From an uncultured Candidatus Rokubacteria bacterium (GTDB lineage Bacteria; Methylomirabilota; Methylomirabilia; Rokubacteriales; CSP1-6), in contig CAVXJS010000021.1 in the NCBI GenBank assembly GCA_963762145.1, positions 416,001 through 480,000 of the forward strand: a DNA stretch of 64,000 nt. The letters run 5' to 3'. Shown one piece after another: positions 54,519-64,000 of the stretch. The notes below the pieces were generated by a model, which did no database searches, was not told where the DNA came from, and saw only the letters and a list, made by a program, of their open reading frames with translations. The stretch's first letter is position 1. Every line of letters starts with the position of its first letter. The position numbers and the translations under genes are program-made.

Positions 54519-54700
54519 GGTACAAACTCCTCTGATCGCCGGAACTTAGCAAACGCGCCTGTCACTCCGATGGGTAGAGGCTTACCCACCCTGGGTGTCG
54601 CGATACTTGATCCCGGGGCCCCGCTCGAGCAAGGGATAGCCCTGGGCAGGAGGCCGGCGGCTCGCCCTCTCCCCCTGGCGCGAGGCCCGGGGGCGCGGTC

Positions 54701-55120
54701 CTACTTGGCGATGATCATGTACGTGGCGCGGCCGACCGCCACGAGCTTGCCCGCCGCATCGGTGATCGTGGCCTCGCCGAATGCGATCGTGCGGCCACGC
54801 CGCAGGATGCGGCCTTCCGCGAAGACGTCGCCGGTGCTGGCCCCGATGAAGCTCACGTTCATGTCGAGCGTGGCCTGGCCCACCCCGCCCGCGGAAGCCT
54901 CGTGCATCGTCGCGAGCGCACCGCCTACCGCCATGTCGGTCAGCGCGGCGTAAACGCCGCCGTGCACCGGCGCGCTCGCTGCGTTGCGCAGCTCGTCGCG
55001 CACCGGCACGCGCAGGCGTACCTTGCCTTCGCTCGCTTCGATCACCTCCACGCCCAGATAACGCCAGAAGGAATTGTCGCGCGCGCGGGCGCGCACCCGC
55101 TCCAGCAGATCGTCACTCAT
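54701..55120 (-). CDS. PaaI-family thioesterase
   Basis: VHGGVYAALTDMAVG; ATLDMNVSF. Confidence 0.88.
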   Translation of the reverse strand: MSDDLLERVRARARDNSFWRYLGVEVIEASEGKVRLRVPVRDELRNAASAPVHGGVYAALTDMAVGGALATMHEASAGGVGQATLDMNVSFIGASTGDVFAEGRILRRGRTIAFGEATITDAAGKLVAVGRATYMIIAK

Positions 55121-56121
55121 GGTCTCCCACGGGGCATGTCGGGTTGAACCGCCTCCTCCAGGGTCAGCCGCGGACGGCCCGTGAACACCTCGCGGCGGAT
55201 CGGGCAGTCGTCGAGGTCGCACATCCGGCAGTAGATGCGGTGGCAGGGATCGGTGTGCAGCGTCATCTCGCCCTCCACCCCGAGGTCCTTCATCACGCGC
55301 TCGGCCAAGTCCTCGGACAGCTCGTGCGAGCGCTCCACCGACCAGAACTCGGGGACGACCAGGTGGGCGTCCACGTGGTGGAAGCGCCCCGCGCGGATCG
55401 CGCGCAGGTGGTGGACGCGGATCACGCCCTGGCCGAGGTGGGGCTGCAGCACGCTCAGGAGGCGATCCAGCAGGGCCGGGTCCTCCTCGTCGAGGAGTCC
55501 CGCGGCGGCCGCGCGGATCAGGCGCACCCCGGTCCACATGAGGTTGAGCGCCACCACCGCCGCCACCACCGGGTCGAGCAGCGCGATCCCGGTGATCCGG
55601 ACCAGCAGCAGGCCGACCACGATGCCCGCGCTGGTGTAGAAGTCGGCCAGCACGTGGCGGCCGTCCGCGATGAGCGTGAGGGACTCGTACCGGCGGCCGG
55701 TGCGGACGAGGTAGTAGCCGAGCGCCAGGTTGACCAGCCCCGCCCCCAGCACGATGGCCAGACCCAGGTCGAGCGACCGCAGCTCCACGCCGTGGGTCAG
55801 GCTCTGGACGACCTCGTAGAGAATCACGAGCGCGGCGAAGGCGATGAGGCCGCCCTCGAACGCCGCGCTCAGGAACTCCATCTTGCCGTGGCCGTAGGGG
55901 TGGTTGCGGTCGGCGGGCCGGCCCGCGAAGATCAGCGCCCCGATCGCGAACACCGCGGCCACCACGTTGACGATGGACTCCAGCGCGTCGGACAGGATCG
56001 CGGTGGAGCCGGTGATGCGATAGGCGTGGTACTTGGCGCCCAGCAGCAGCACCGAGACCGCCAGCGAGACGGCGACCGCGCGCAGCCGCGCCCGTCCCTC
56101 TGCGTCCGTCTCGTTCGTCAT
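55117..56121 (-). CDS. Cation diffusion facilitator (FieF-like) transporter
   Basis: SDALES; PADRNHPYGHGKME; ADGRHVLAD; Cys-rich tail. Confidence 0.92.
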   Translation of the reverse strand: MTNETDAEGRARLRAVAVSLAVSVLLLGAKYHAYRITGSTAILSDALESIVNVVAAVFAIGALIFAGRPADRNHPYGHGKMEFLSAAFEGGLIAFAALVILYEVVQSLTHGVELRSLDLGLAIVLGAGLVNLALGYYLVRTGRRYESLTLIADGRHVLADFYTSAGIVVGLLLVRITGIALLDPVVAAVVALNLMWTGVRLIRAAAAGLLDEEDPALLDRLLSVLQPHLGQGVIRVHHLRAIRAGRFHHVDAHLVVPEFWSVERSHELSEDLAERVMKDLGVEGEMTLHTDPCHRIYCRMCDLDDCPIRREVFTGRPRLTLEEAVQPDMPRGRP

Positions 56122-56207
56122 GGCAAGATGATACCCGGCGACGGGCGCGCTTGCCGCGTCGGGTATCATCCAGATGTAAGGCAACCCTCACCCAAAGGAG
56201 CCGCGTG

Positions 56208-56906
56208 ATGATCGTCACCCGTCCCGCCGCCGAGCGCGGCCACTTCGACCACGGCTGGCTGGACACCTCGCACACCTTCTCGTTCGCGAGCTATCACGAT
56301 CCCAAGCACATGGGCTTCCGGAGCCTGCGGGTGATCAACGAGGATCGCGTGGCGGGCGGGCGCGGATTCGGCGCGCACTCGCACAACGACATGGAGATCG
56401 TGACCTACGTGCTGGAGGGCGCGCTCGAGCACGCCGACAGCATGGGCAACCGCTCGGTCATCGTGCCGGGCGACGTCCAGCGCATGAGCGCGGGCACCGG
56501 GGTGACGCACAGCGAGGCCAATCCGAAGCCGGACCAGCCCGTGCACTTCCTCCAGATCTGGATCCTGCCGGACCGCCGCGGTCTCGCTCCCGGCTACGAG
56601 CAGAAGGCGATCCCGCCGCAGGAGGAGCGGGGGGCGCTCCGGCTCATCGCCTCGCGCGACGGCCGCGACGGCGGGGTGACGATCCACCAGGACGTGGATC
56701 TCTACGTCTCGCGCCTCGAGCCCGGCGAGCGGGTCAAGCACGCGCTGGCCAATGGGCGGCACGCGTGGCTGCAGATGGTGACCGGCCGGGTCGAGCTGAA
56801 CGGGACCGCGCTCGGCGCGGGCGACGGCGCGGCGGTGAGCCGGGAGCAGGCGCTCGAGATCTCAGCCCTCGAGCCCGCCCACTTCCTCCTCTTCGACCTC
56901 GCCTAG
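56208..56906 (+). CDS. Pirin-family protein (YhhW-like)
   Basis: HTFSF; LRVINED; HSHNDMEIVTYV; MSAGTGVTHSE; FLQIW. Confidence 0.93.
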   Translation: MIVTRPAAERGHFDHGWLDTSHTFSFASYHDPKHMGFRSLRVINEDRVAGGRGFGAHSHNDMEIVTYVLEGALEHADSMGNRSVIVPGDVQRMSAGTGVTHSEANPKPDQPVHFLQIWILPDRRGLAPGYEQKAIPPQEERGALRLIASRDGRDGGVTIHQDVDLYVSRLEPGERVKHALANGRHAWLQMVTGRVELNGTALGAGDGAAVSREQALEISALEPAHFLLFDLA

Positions 56907-57973
56907 GTCGTCTGCCCGAGCTGCTGCCCGACGAACTGCTTGGCGTCGAACTCCTCCGCCACGCGGTTGTCGTTCTCGAGGATCGCGGCCGCGTCGGTGT
57001 CCGCGAACTCCATCACGCCCATGTCCTCGTAGGCCCGCCGCACCCGGTTGCCCCAGAGCCCGATGTCCTTCACGGTGGGGACGATCCGGGTGAACAGACG
57101 CCGGCGGAACTGCTTCATGGTGTCCGACTGATCCACCGCCGCGACGCACTCCTTGACCGGCAGGCCCAGATTCTCCCAGACCTCCTTCTGATTGAACCGG
57201 TCGCGCATGTGGTAGCAGGCCTCGACCACGAACTCCTCGCGCTCGTCGCGCTCCGCGTCGGTGAGCTGCGGGTAGTAGTCGCGCAGGGCCAGGCGGCCGA
57301 AGGCCACGTGCCGCGCCTCGTCCTGCATGACGTAGGCGTTCACCGCCGCGCACAGCGGATTGGTCGAGTTGTCGCGGATGCGCTGGAAGGCGGCGAGCGC
57401 GAGCCCCTCGATCAGGATCTGCATGCCGAGATAGGTCATGTCCCAGCGCCGGTCGGTGATGGTGGCCTCGAGCAGCTTGGCCAGCGTGGGGGTGATCGGG
57501 TACGCGAGCTTGAACTTCTCGTGGAGCAGGCGAGAGTAGGCCTCCACGTGGCGCGCCTCGTCCATCACCTGGGTCGCGGCGTAGAACTTGGACTCGTAGG
57601 TGGGCACGGTCTGCACGATCTTGGCGGTGGCGATGAGCGCGCCCTGCTCGCCGTGCATGAACTGCGAGAGCGAGTGGGCCTGCAGGTTGCGCCGGATGTA
57701 CACCCGGTCCTTCTCGCCGAGGCTGTTCCAGAGATCGGTCCCGTGGATCGCGATGGTCCGGTCCGACATCCCCATCGGGTTGTCCGGGTCCACCTCCTGC
57801 GTCCAGTCGAGTCGGTCCGCGGCGTCCCACTGCTGCTTCTTGCCCTTGCCGTACAGGCGCAGCAGGTCCTCGCTGCCGTCCTCGTACTCCCAGGTGAACG
57901 CGGTCGTGGTCTGACCTTCGACCTTCCACTGGGTCTGCTCGACGGGTAACCGGTACAGGAACGTGCTGGACAT
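56903..57973 (-). CDS. Ferritin-like diiron oxygenase (AurF-like)
   Basis: HGEQGAL; DEARHVE; IEGLALAAF; DEARHVAFG. Confidence 0.85.
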   Translation of the reverse strand: MSSTFLYRLPVEQTQWKVEGQTTTAFTWEYEDGSEDLLRLYGKGKKQQWDAADRLDWTQEVDPDNPMGMSDRTIAIHGTDLWNSLGEKDRVYIRRNLQAHSLSQFMHGEQGALIATAKIVQTVPTYESKFYAATQVMDEARHVEAYSRLLHEKFKLAYPITPTLAKLLEATITDRRWDMTYLGMQILIEGLALAAFQRIRDNSTNPLCAAVNAYVMQDEARHVAFGRLALRDYYPQLTDAERDEREEFVVEACYHMRDRFNQKEVWENLGLPVKECVAAVDQSDTMKQFRRRLFTRIVPTVKDIGLWGNRVRRAYEDMGVMEFADTDAAAILENDNRVAEEFDAKQFVGQQLGQTT

Positions 57974-58038
57974 GGCATCCTCCGCTACGAGGAAAAAGGA
58001 GTGAGTTCAGTGGCGGCAGGATAGCACTGAACGGCCGT

Positions 58039-59783
58039 TCAGGGAACCCCGGCCCGGCCCCGCATGTCCACCGGGATCCCCTCCGCCACCCGGGCCGCGC
58101 GCTCGTGGCGGGCCACCTCGACGCGCACCGCGGCGGGGGTGCGGAAGCAGAGGCCGACGGCGACCACCACCACCGCGCCGATCATGGCCCACCACGTGAA
58201 CGCCACCTCGGGAATCCACGCCGGCTGCGCAAAGGTCGGCGCGAGGCCGAACCAGGGCGCCGCCCCGTTCAGGATCGTGATGTGGAGCTTGCCGGCCACC
58301 ACCGTCGCGATCAGCCCCGCGGTGATCGCGAGCAGGTTGCCCCGGTCGGAGCCGCGGCCAGCGGTGAACATCCCGATCAGGAACACGCCGAGCATCGGGC
58401 CGAGGATGAAGCCGGCGATGCCGAGCACCACCGGGATGATCCGCACGTCCGGGGTGGTGACCTTCGCGTAGGCGAAGGCGCCGGCGATCACGACCATCAG
58501 CACCGCGAAGAGGGCGGTGAACCCGCGCGCCACCCGCACGTGGTGGGTCTGGGAACGGCCGCGCACAGTGGATGTACCAGTCGTTGGTCGCGCTGGTCGC
58601 CAGCGCGTTGAGCGCGGCCGAGAGCGATCCCATCGCCGTCGCGAACACCCCCGCGAGCACGAAGCCGCGGATGCCGACCGGCATGACGTTGAGGATGTAG
58701 GAGCCGAAGACGTCGGCGTTGGCCCCCGGCCGGAACGTCGGGTCCTGCTGGTAGTACACGAAGAGCAGGATGCCGATGAACGTGAAGGCGGCCGCGATCG
58801 GCAGGTCCATGAAGGCGGCGGTGATCAGGCTGCGGCGCGCCTTCTTGTAGGTCTCGGCCGTCAGCATCCGCTGGACCATGTCCTGGTCGGTGCCGAAGGC
58901 GGCCATGTTGCCGAGCGTGGCGCCGATCACCGCGGAGAAGAGCGTGTAGGCGCTGGCGAGGACCAGCTTGACGTAGTCCCAGACCCCCATCGCGGAGAGG
59001 CCGTGCGCGGTCTTCCACGCCGCGACGCGGGCGGCCTCGAAGCCGTGCAGGAAGTAGCCCTCGTGGCTCGTGATCTGCGGCACCACCCGGACGACCGCGG
59101 AGAATGCCGCCGACGTGGAAGAGCAGCGTGGCGATCGCGACCAGCGCGCTGCCGAACATCAGGCAGGCCTGGATGACGTCGGTCCAGATGACCGCCTTGA
59201 TCCCGCCCACCGCGGTGTAGAGGCAGGTCAGCACCGTGAGGATGACGATCGCGACCAGGTAGGGGCCGACGGTGGTGACCGGCTCCTGCGCGGTCTCGGC
59301 CCGGGCGCCCGAGACGAACAGGCGCCACGCCAGCACCATCACGAGCGACGGGACGAACAGCCGCGTGCCCGAGGCGAGCGTGCGCATGAAGAGGAACAGG
59401 CCGGAGACGTAGTTCTTGCTCCACGGCCCGAAGCGGATGCCGAGGTAGTCGTAGACCGTGTAGACCTTGTAGTTGTAGTACGGCTTGAGGAAGACGTAGC
59501 CGACCAGCACGCGCCCGAGGATCAGCCCGATGATGATCTGCACGTACGCGAAGCTTCGCGTGGTGTAGCCCTCGCCGGGCACGCCCAGGAACGTCGCCGC
59601 GCTCGTCTCCGCCGCGATGATCGACGCCATCACCGCCCACCACGGCACGCGGCGGCCCGCGAGGGCGAAATCGTGCAGGCTCCGGTCGCGCCGGCCCATG
59701 TACAGGCCGATGGCGATGATGCCGGCGAAGTAGGTGACGATGATGGCGCCGTCGATCAGCAGCTCGGCCGCGGGGGAGAGCAC
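58039..59783 (-). CDS. Sodium:solute symporter (two frameshifts)
   Basis: SIIAAETSAATFLGVPG; GGIKAVIWTD; GTDQDMVQRML; AMGSLSAALNALA. Confidence 0.88.
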
Positions 59784-59893
59784 GCTCCATTATCGCGGAG
59801 GCGGGCCCCGGAGGCGCCAATCTACGCGCGCACGCCGCGGCGGTCGCGGCGCTGGTCCCATCTCGTCGTTGGTCCCCATCTCGGGGTTAGTTT

Positions 59894-62848
59894 ATGATCG
59901 GCGGCGGGAGCGGGGTGGCGAACATGCGGAGCGCGCGACGGTGGATGGCGGTCCTGGCTCTCGCCGGGGCCGTCGCGGCGCCCTCGACGGCGCCGGCCCA
60001 GACCTCGGCGCCGATGGAGTTCCCCCCGCCCGGCACCCGCTGGATCATCCGGACGACCGAGCGGACCGGCGGCACGTACCTCGCCACCTACACCGTGCTC
60101 GAGCCCGGCGCGCTCCGGGGCCAGCCCGCGTTCCGGGTCTCCGACGCGGTCGGGGTGCAGTTCTTCGAGCGCGCGGGCCGGAACTGGTTCGCCACCGTGG
60201 TCCGCGAGAAAGAGCGCACCGGCTCCACGCCCCACACCGGCACGTTCGCGTGGCCGCTCGAGGTCGGCAAGACCTGGACCTCGACCTACCAGTACCGCGA
60301 TAACCAGCGCAACTTCCGCTACAACAACGTGACCACCTCCTGGCGCGTGACCGCCGAGGAGGAGGTGACCGTGCCCGCGGGCCGCTTCCGGGCCCTGCGC
60401 CTCGAGGGCGAGAACAACGGCAACCGGTGGACGACGTGGTACGCGCCAGCGATGCGGATCGTGGTCAAGGAGATCCACGAGCGGAAGGCCGGCCACCCCT
60501 CGGGAGCCGGCGAGACCTCCTTCGAGGTCGTTCGCCACGCCGGGCCGGGCGGCGATCCCTGGTTCGGCTTCGGGCTCGAGGCCAGCGCGGCCGCGGTGCG
60601 CCGGGGCGAGGGCCGGCGCGCGCTGGCCTTCTACGAGAGCGCGGCGAAGGACTTCGAGGCCCGCGGACTGCCGGTCGAGGCCGCCCAGACCTACACCGAG
60701 GCCGCGCGCATCGCGCGCCCGATCGGCGCCACCCAGCCCGGCCTTCGCGCCGGGCTCCGCGCGGTCGAGATCCTGAAGACGGCGCCCCGCACCGATGCGA
60801 CTCTCGGCGAGCTCGCCAACGCCTACGTCTTCACCGGCGCCCTCTACCGGTCGGTGGGCTCGCGCGCCGAGGCCCAGCAGTTCTTCCAGGAGGGCGCCCA
60901 GCTCGTGTCCGCCTTCTCCACCCCGCAGCGCCAGACCTTCTGGTCGGGGGTTTTCGCGCGCGGGCTCGACGAGGTCGCCTATTCCCGCAAGGACTTCGCG
61001 GCGGCCGCCCAGCTGGGCGCCGAGTCGGTCAAGCAGTTCGACCAGTACGTGGCCAGCCGGCCCGCCTCCGGCTTCGACCAGAACCGGCGCAACGCCCAGC
61101 GCAACCTCGCCCTCGCCCTCAGCGTGCTGGGCGACTCCGAGCGTCAGCTCGGCAACCTTGCGGGCGCCACGGCCACGCTGAACCGCCGCGTCCAGGTCGC
61201 GAAGGAGCTGGGGCACAGCGAGCTCGAGCTCGCCGGGCGGAACTCGCTCGGCTATCTCGCGATCGCCAAGAACGATCTCCCGGAGGCGATCCGCTATCTC
61301 GAGGAGGCGAAGCGGATCGCGATCGCGACCGACAATCCGTCCTACGTGATGTGGGCCAGCAACGGCATCGGGCGGGTGCGGTTCCGCGAGGGCCGCCACG
61401 CCGAGGCGCTCGAGGCCTATACCGAGGCGGTGAAGATCGCGGAGAGCCAGCGCGGCTCGCTGCAGGACGTGGGGCTCCGTAGCGGGTACCTGGAGGACAA
61501 GCAGGAGATGTACCACGGCGCGGTGTGGAGCGCGGTGGCCCTCCGCAAGCCCGAGGAGGCCTTCGGGCTGGCCGAGCGCGCGCGCTCCCGCGCGTTCCTC
61601 GACCTGCTCGGCACCCAGACCGTGCTCTCCAAGGGCAAGACGCGCGCGCTGGTGGAGGAGGAGACCCGCCTGCGGGCGCGCCTCGCGGGTGCGAAGGCGG
61701 CCGCCGACGAGGCGGGCGAGGACGACGCGGAGGCCGCGCGCGCGGACACGGAGACCGCCGATCGGAGCTACCGCGACTTCCTGGACCGGGTCCGCAAGGA
61801 GAGTGTCGAGCAGGCCTCGCTGATGTCGGTGGAGCCGGTGAACGTGGCCGACGTGCAGGCGCTGCTGCCCGAGGGCACCACGCTCGTCGAGTACCTGGTG
61901 AGCCGCAACGGGAGCTTCGCGTGGGTGATCGATCGCGGCTCGGTGCGGGTGGTGCGCCTCGCCTCCGGGCGCGAGCAGATCGCGGCCGACGTGCGCAAGT
62001 TCCGGCAAGGCATCGAGGGCCAGGTGCCCCTGCCCGAGGCCCAGAAGCTCGCGCAGGGGCTCCACGAGCAGCTCGTGGCCCCGCTGCGCCCCCACATCAA
62101 GGGCAAGCGCGTGATCGTGGTGCCGCACGACGTGCTCCACTACCTCCCCTTCGGCGCGCTGCGCAGCAAGCAGGATCGCTGGCTCGTCGAGGACTACACG
62201 CTCTCGACGCTGCCGAGCGCGAGCGTGCTGCGGTTCCTCGAGGCCAAGCGCACCGCGGGGAGCGGGCCGGTGCTGGCGGTCGGCAATCCCGATCTGGGCG
62301 CGGCCCTGAACCTGCGCTTCGCGGAGCGCGAGGCCAGGGTCGTCGCCGACCACTACGCGGGCACCCAGATGCTGGTACGCGGCGACGCCACCGAGGAGCG
62401 CGCCAAGGCGCTCGCGGGCGGGGCGCGGCTCCTGCACTTCGCCACCCACGGCGAGCTCAACGAGGCGGATCCCCTCGCCTCGGGCCTCCTCCTGGTACCC
62501 GGGGGCGCCGACGACGGCCGGCTCGAGGTGCGCGAGATCTTCGGCCTCGATCTCCACGCGCAGCTCGTGGTGCTCTCGGCGTGCGAGACGGGCCTGGGCC
62601 AGCTCAGCACCGGCGACGAGCTCATCGGCCTGCAGCGCGCCTTCCTCTATGCGGGCAACCCCGCGGTCGTCACCACGCTCTGGAAGGTGGACGACCGTGC
62701 CAGCTTCGTGCTGATGCGGGAGTTCTACGACGGCCTCGCCAGGACCGACACCGGGCTGGCGCTGCAGGCCGCGCAGCGCGCCGCCATGAAGGAGTTCCCT
62801 CACCCCTTCGCCTGGGCCGCCTTCGGCCTCACCGGAGTCGGTCGCTGA
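59894..62848 (+). CDS. Exported TPR plus CHAT (caspase-like protease) domain protein
   Basis: Signal peptide; AERARSRAFLD; VPHDVLHYLPF; LHFATHG; VVLSACETG; TLWKVDD; HPFAWAAF. Confidence 0.9.
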   Translation: MIGGGSGVANMRSARRWMAVLALAGAVAAPSTAPAQTSAPMEFPPPGTRWIIRTTERTGGTYLATYTVLEPGALRGQPAFRVSDAVGVQFFERAGRNWFATVVREKERTGSTPHTGTFAWPLEVGKTWTSTYQYRDNQRNFRYNNVTTSWRVTAEEEVTVPAGRFRALRLEGENNGNRWTTWYAPAMRIVVKEIHERKAGHPSGAGETSFEVVRHAGPGGDPWFGFGLEASAAAVRRGEGRRALAFYESAAKDFEARGLPVEAAQTYTEAARIARPIGATQPGLRAGLRAVEILKTAPRTDATLGELANAYVFTGALYRSVGSRAEAQQFFQEGAQLVSAFSTPQRQTFWSGVFARGLDEVAYSRKDFAAAAQLGAESVKQFDQYVASRPASGFDQNRRNAQRNLALALSVLGDSERQLGNLAGATATLNRRVQVAKELGHSELELAGRNSLGYLAIAKNDLPEAIRYLEEAKRIAIATDNPSYVMWASNGIGRVRFREGRHAEALEAYTEAVKIAESQRGSLQDVGLRSGYLEDKQEMYHGAVWSAVALRKPEEAFGLAERARSRAFLDLLGTQTVLSKGKTRALVEEETRLRARLAGAKAAADEAGEDDAEAARADTETADRSYRDFLDRVRKESVEQASLMSVEPVNVADVQALLPEGTTLVEYLVSRNGSFAWVIDRGSVRVVRLASGREQIAADVRKFRQGIEGQVPLPEAQKLAQGLHEQLVAPLRPHIKGKRVIVVPHDVLHYLPFGALRSKQDRWLVEDYTLSTLPSASVLRFLEAKRTAGSGPVLAVGNPDLGAALNLRFAEREARVVADHYAGTQMLVRGDATEERAKALAGGARLLHFATHGELNEADPLASGLLLVPGGADDGRLEVREIFGLDLHAQLVVLSACETGLGQLSTGDELIGLQRAFLYAGNPAVVTTLWKVDDRASFVLMREFYDGLARTDTGLALQAAQRAAMKEFPHPFAWAAFGLTGVGR

Positions 62849-62895
62849 CCCTGGCCCTCCGGGGCACGGGACGCCGCGCGCGGGTGCTGCGCGCG

Positions 62896-64000
62896 ATGCT
62901 GGTCGGTCTGCTGGTCTCCGTCGCGGTCACCGCGCTCTCGCGCACCGGCGTGCTCGCGGGCTGGGAGACGCGGGCGGTGGACGCCTTCCTCTTCCTGCGC
63001 GACCGCGAGGCCGCGCCCGAGATCACGCTGGTCCTCATCGACGACGACGCCTTCCAGGCCCTCGGGCAGCGCCAGCCGCTCTCGCGGCGCTACGTGGCCG
63101 ACCTCGCCGACTTCCTGCTCAAGAGCGGCGCGCGCGTGGTGACGTTCGATCTCGTCCTCACCGCGCCCACCGTGGCCGCGGAGGACCAGGCCCTGCTCGC
63201 CACCATCGGCCGCTGGAGCGCGGCGCGGCCCGGCTCGCTCGTCTTCGCCACCTTCGCGATGCCCGCCGGTCAGGACGGCGCGGACGGCTACACCCTGCTC
63301 GCGCCCTTCGCGCCGGAGCTGGCCGGGCTGGTGGGCTTCGCCAACGCGCCGATCGGCGCCGACGGCATGGTGCGGCGCTTCACGCCGGTCCTGCCCCGGG
63401 CGGGCGGCGGATGGCTGCCCGCGCTCTCGCTCAGCACGCTCGCCGCGTCCGCGGGGCTCCCGCCCGCGGAGCTCGCGCGGCGGCTCGCGGGTGACAGCGA
63501 CGCGATTCCGCTCCCGGTGCGTGAGCCGTCCGGCGCCCTCGCCGGGCCGACGGAGACGCCGGTGAAACAGCTCGCGGCCCGCCCGTGGCGCGTGGACTTC
63601 AGCGGCCCGGCGGGCGCCTTCACGACGTTCCCGAGCGAGCCGCTCGTGCAGCTCGCGCGCGCCGGCGTCGTTCCCGACCAGGACAATCCCTTCAAGGACC
63701 GCATTGTCCTCGTGGGCGCGAGCTTCGCGGAGAGCCGCGATACCTTCCCCACCCCGACCGGGCTCATGCCGGGCGTGGAGATCCACGCCCACATGGTGAA
63801 CACCCTGCTCTCGCGCCGGACCCTGCTGCCGCCGCCCTGGTATCTGAACGTGGCGCTGCTCACGCTGGTCTGCGTGTCGATCTCGCTGCTCTCGCTCTGG
63901 CTGCGGCCGGTCTGGCTCGCGCTGGTCGGGCTGGTCCTGGTGGCCGCGCTCGCCGCCGCGTCCTACGAGGCGTACACCCGGGGCGGCTACTGGCTCGACT
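62896..64000 (+). CDS. CHASE2 domain sensor protein (partial; output domain outside the window)
   Basis: ITLVLIDD; GARVVTFDL; DGMVRR; FKDRIVLVG..DTFPTP..MPGVEIHA, then TM helices. Absent from the ORF track because it has no stop in the window. Confidence 0.88.
   Translation, partial: MLVGLLVSVAVTALSRTGVLAGWETRAVDAFLFLRDREAAPEITLVLIDDDAFQALGQRQPLSRRYVADLADFLLKSGARVVTFDLVLTAPTVAAEDQALLATIGRWSAARPGSLVFATFAMPAGQDGADGYTLLAPFAPELAGLVGFANAPIGADGMVRRFTPVLPRAGGGWLPALSLSTLAASAGLPPAELARRLAGDSDAIPLPVREPSGALAGPTETPVKQLAARPWRVDFSGPAGAFTTFPSEPLVQLARAGVVPDQDNPFKDRIVLVGASFAESRDTFPTPTGLMPGVEIHAHMVNTLLSRRTLLPPPWYLNVALLTLVCVSISLLSLWLRPVWLALVGLVLVAALAAASYEAYTRGGYWLD

Noticed and set aside
59822-62803. Long antisense or alternative-frame ORFs (e.g. 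59822..62803 -, 16016..17755 +, 5883..8279 -, 35844..37751 -)
   Set aside because: Shadow ORFs typical of high-GC DNA, overlapping well-supported genes and lacking recognisable motifs.

Overview
This is a very GC-rich bacterial chromosome segment. Gene content (Tat-exported ABC/BCAA binding proteins, a stand-alone ABC_sub_bind-type binding protein, a UGSC selenoprotein, a PEP-CTERM protein) is reminiscent of Candidatus Rokubacteria/Methylomirabilota, but this is inference only. About 59 CDS are present and roughly 15 carry single-base frameshifts, most likely long-read indel errors. Main contents: TPR-cyclase and TPR-LuxR regulators, a liv-type ABC operon, a long minus-strand acyl-CoA catabolic plus sugar-type ABC operon, fur-katG, an IlvD/Edd dehydratase, ada-alkA, peptidoglycan recycling genes (murQ, namZ, nagZ, SSS transporter), a UGA-containing UGSC selenoprotein with a SECIS-like hairpin and its partner, and a CHAT protease next to a CHASE2 sensor. 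No rRNA, tRNA, CRISPR array, transposase or integrase was recognised. The most striking unexplained structure is two families of REP-like palindromes: family A (CCCCTCACCCTGCCCTCTCCCC..GGGGAGAGGG) and family B (GGGGTCAGGTCTT..AAGACCTGACCCC). They bracket unrelated cargo genes as direct repeats (fur-katG, a DUF4864-like gene, ada-alkA plus an MFS), one array lies in-frame inside an acyl-CoA ligase, and others supply the stop codons of murQ and alkA. This suggests a palindrome-directed gene-capture process acting in trans (hypothesis).
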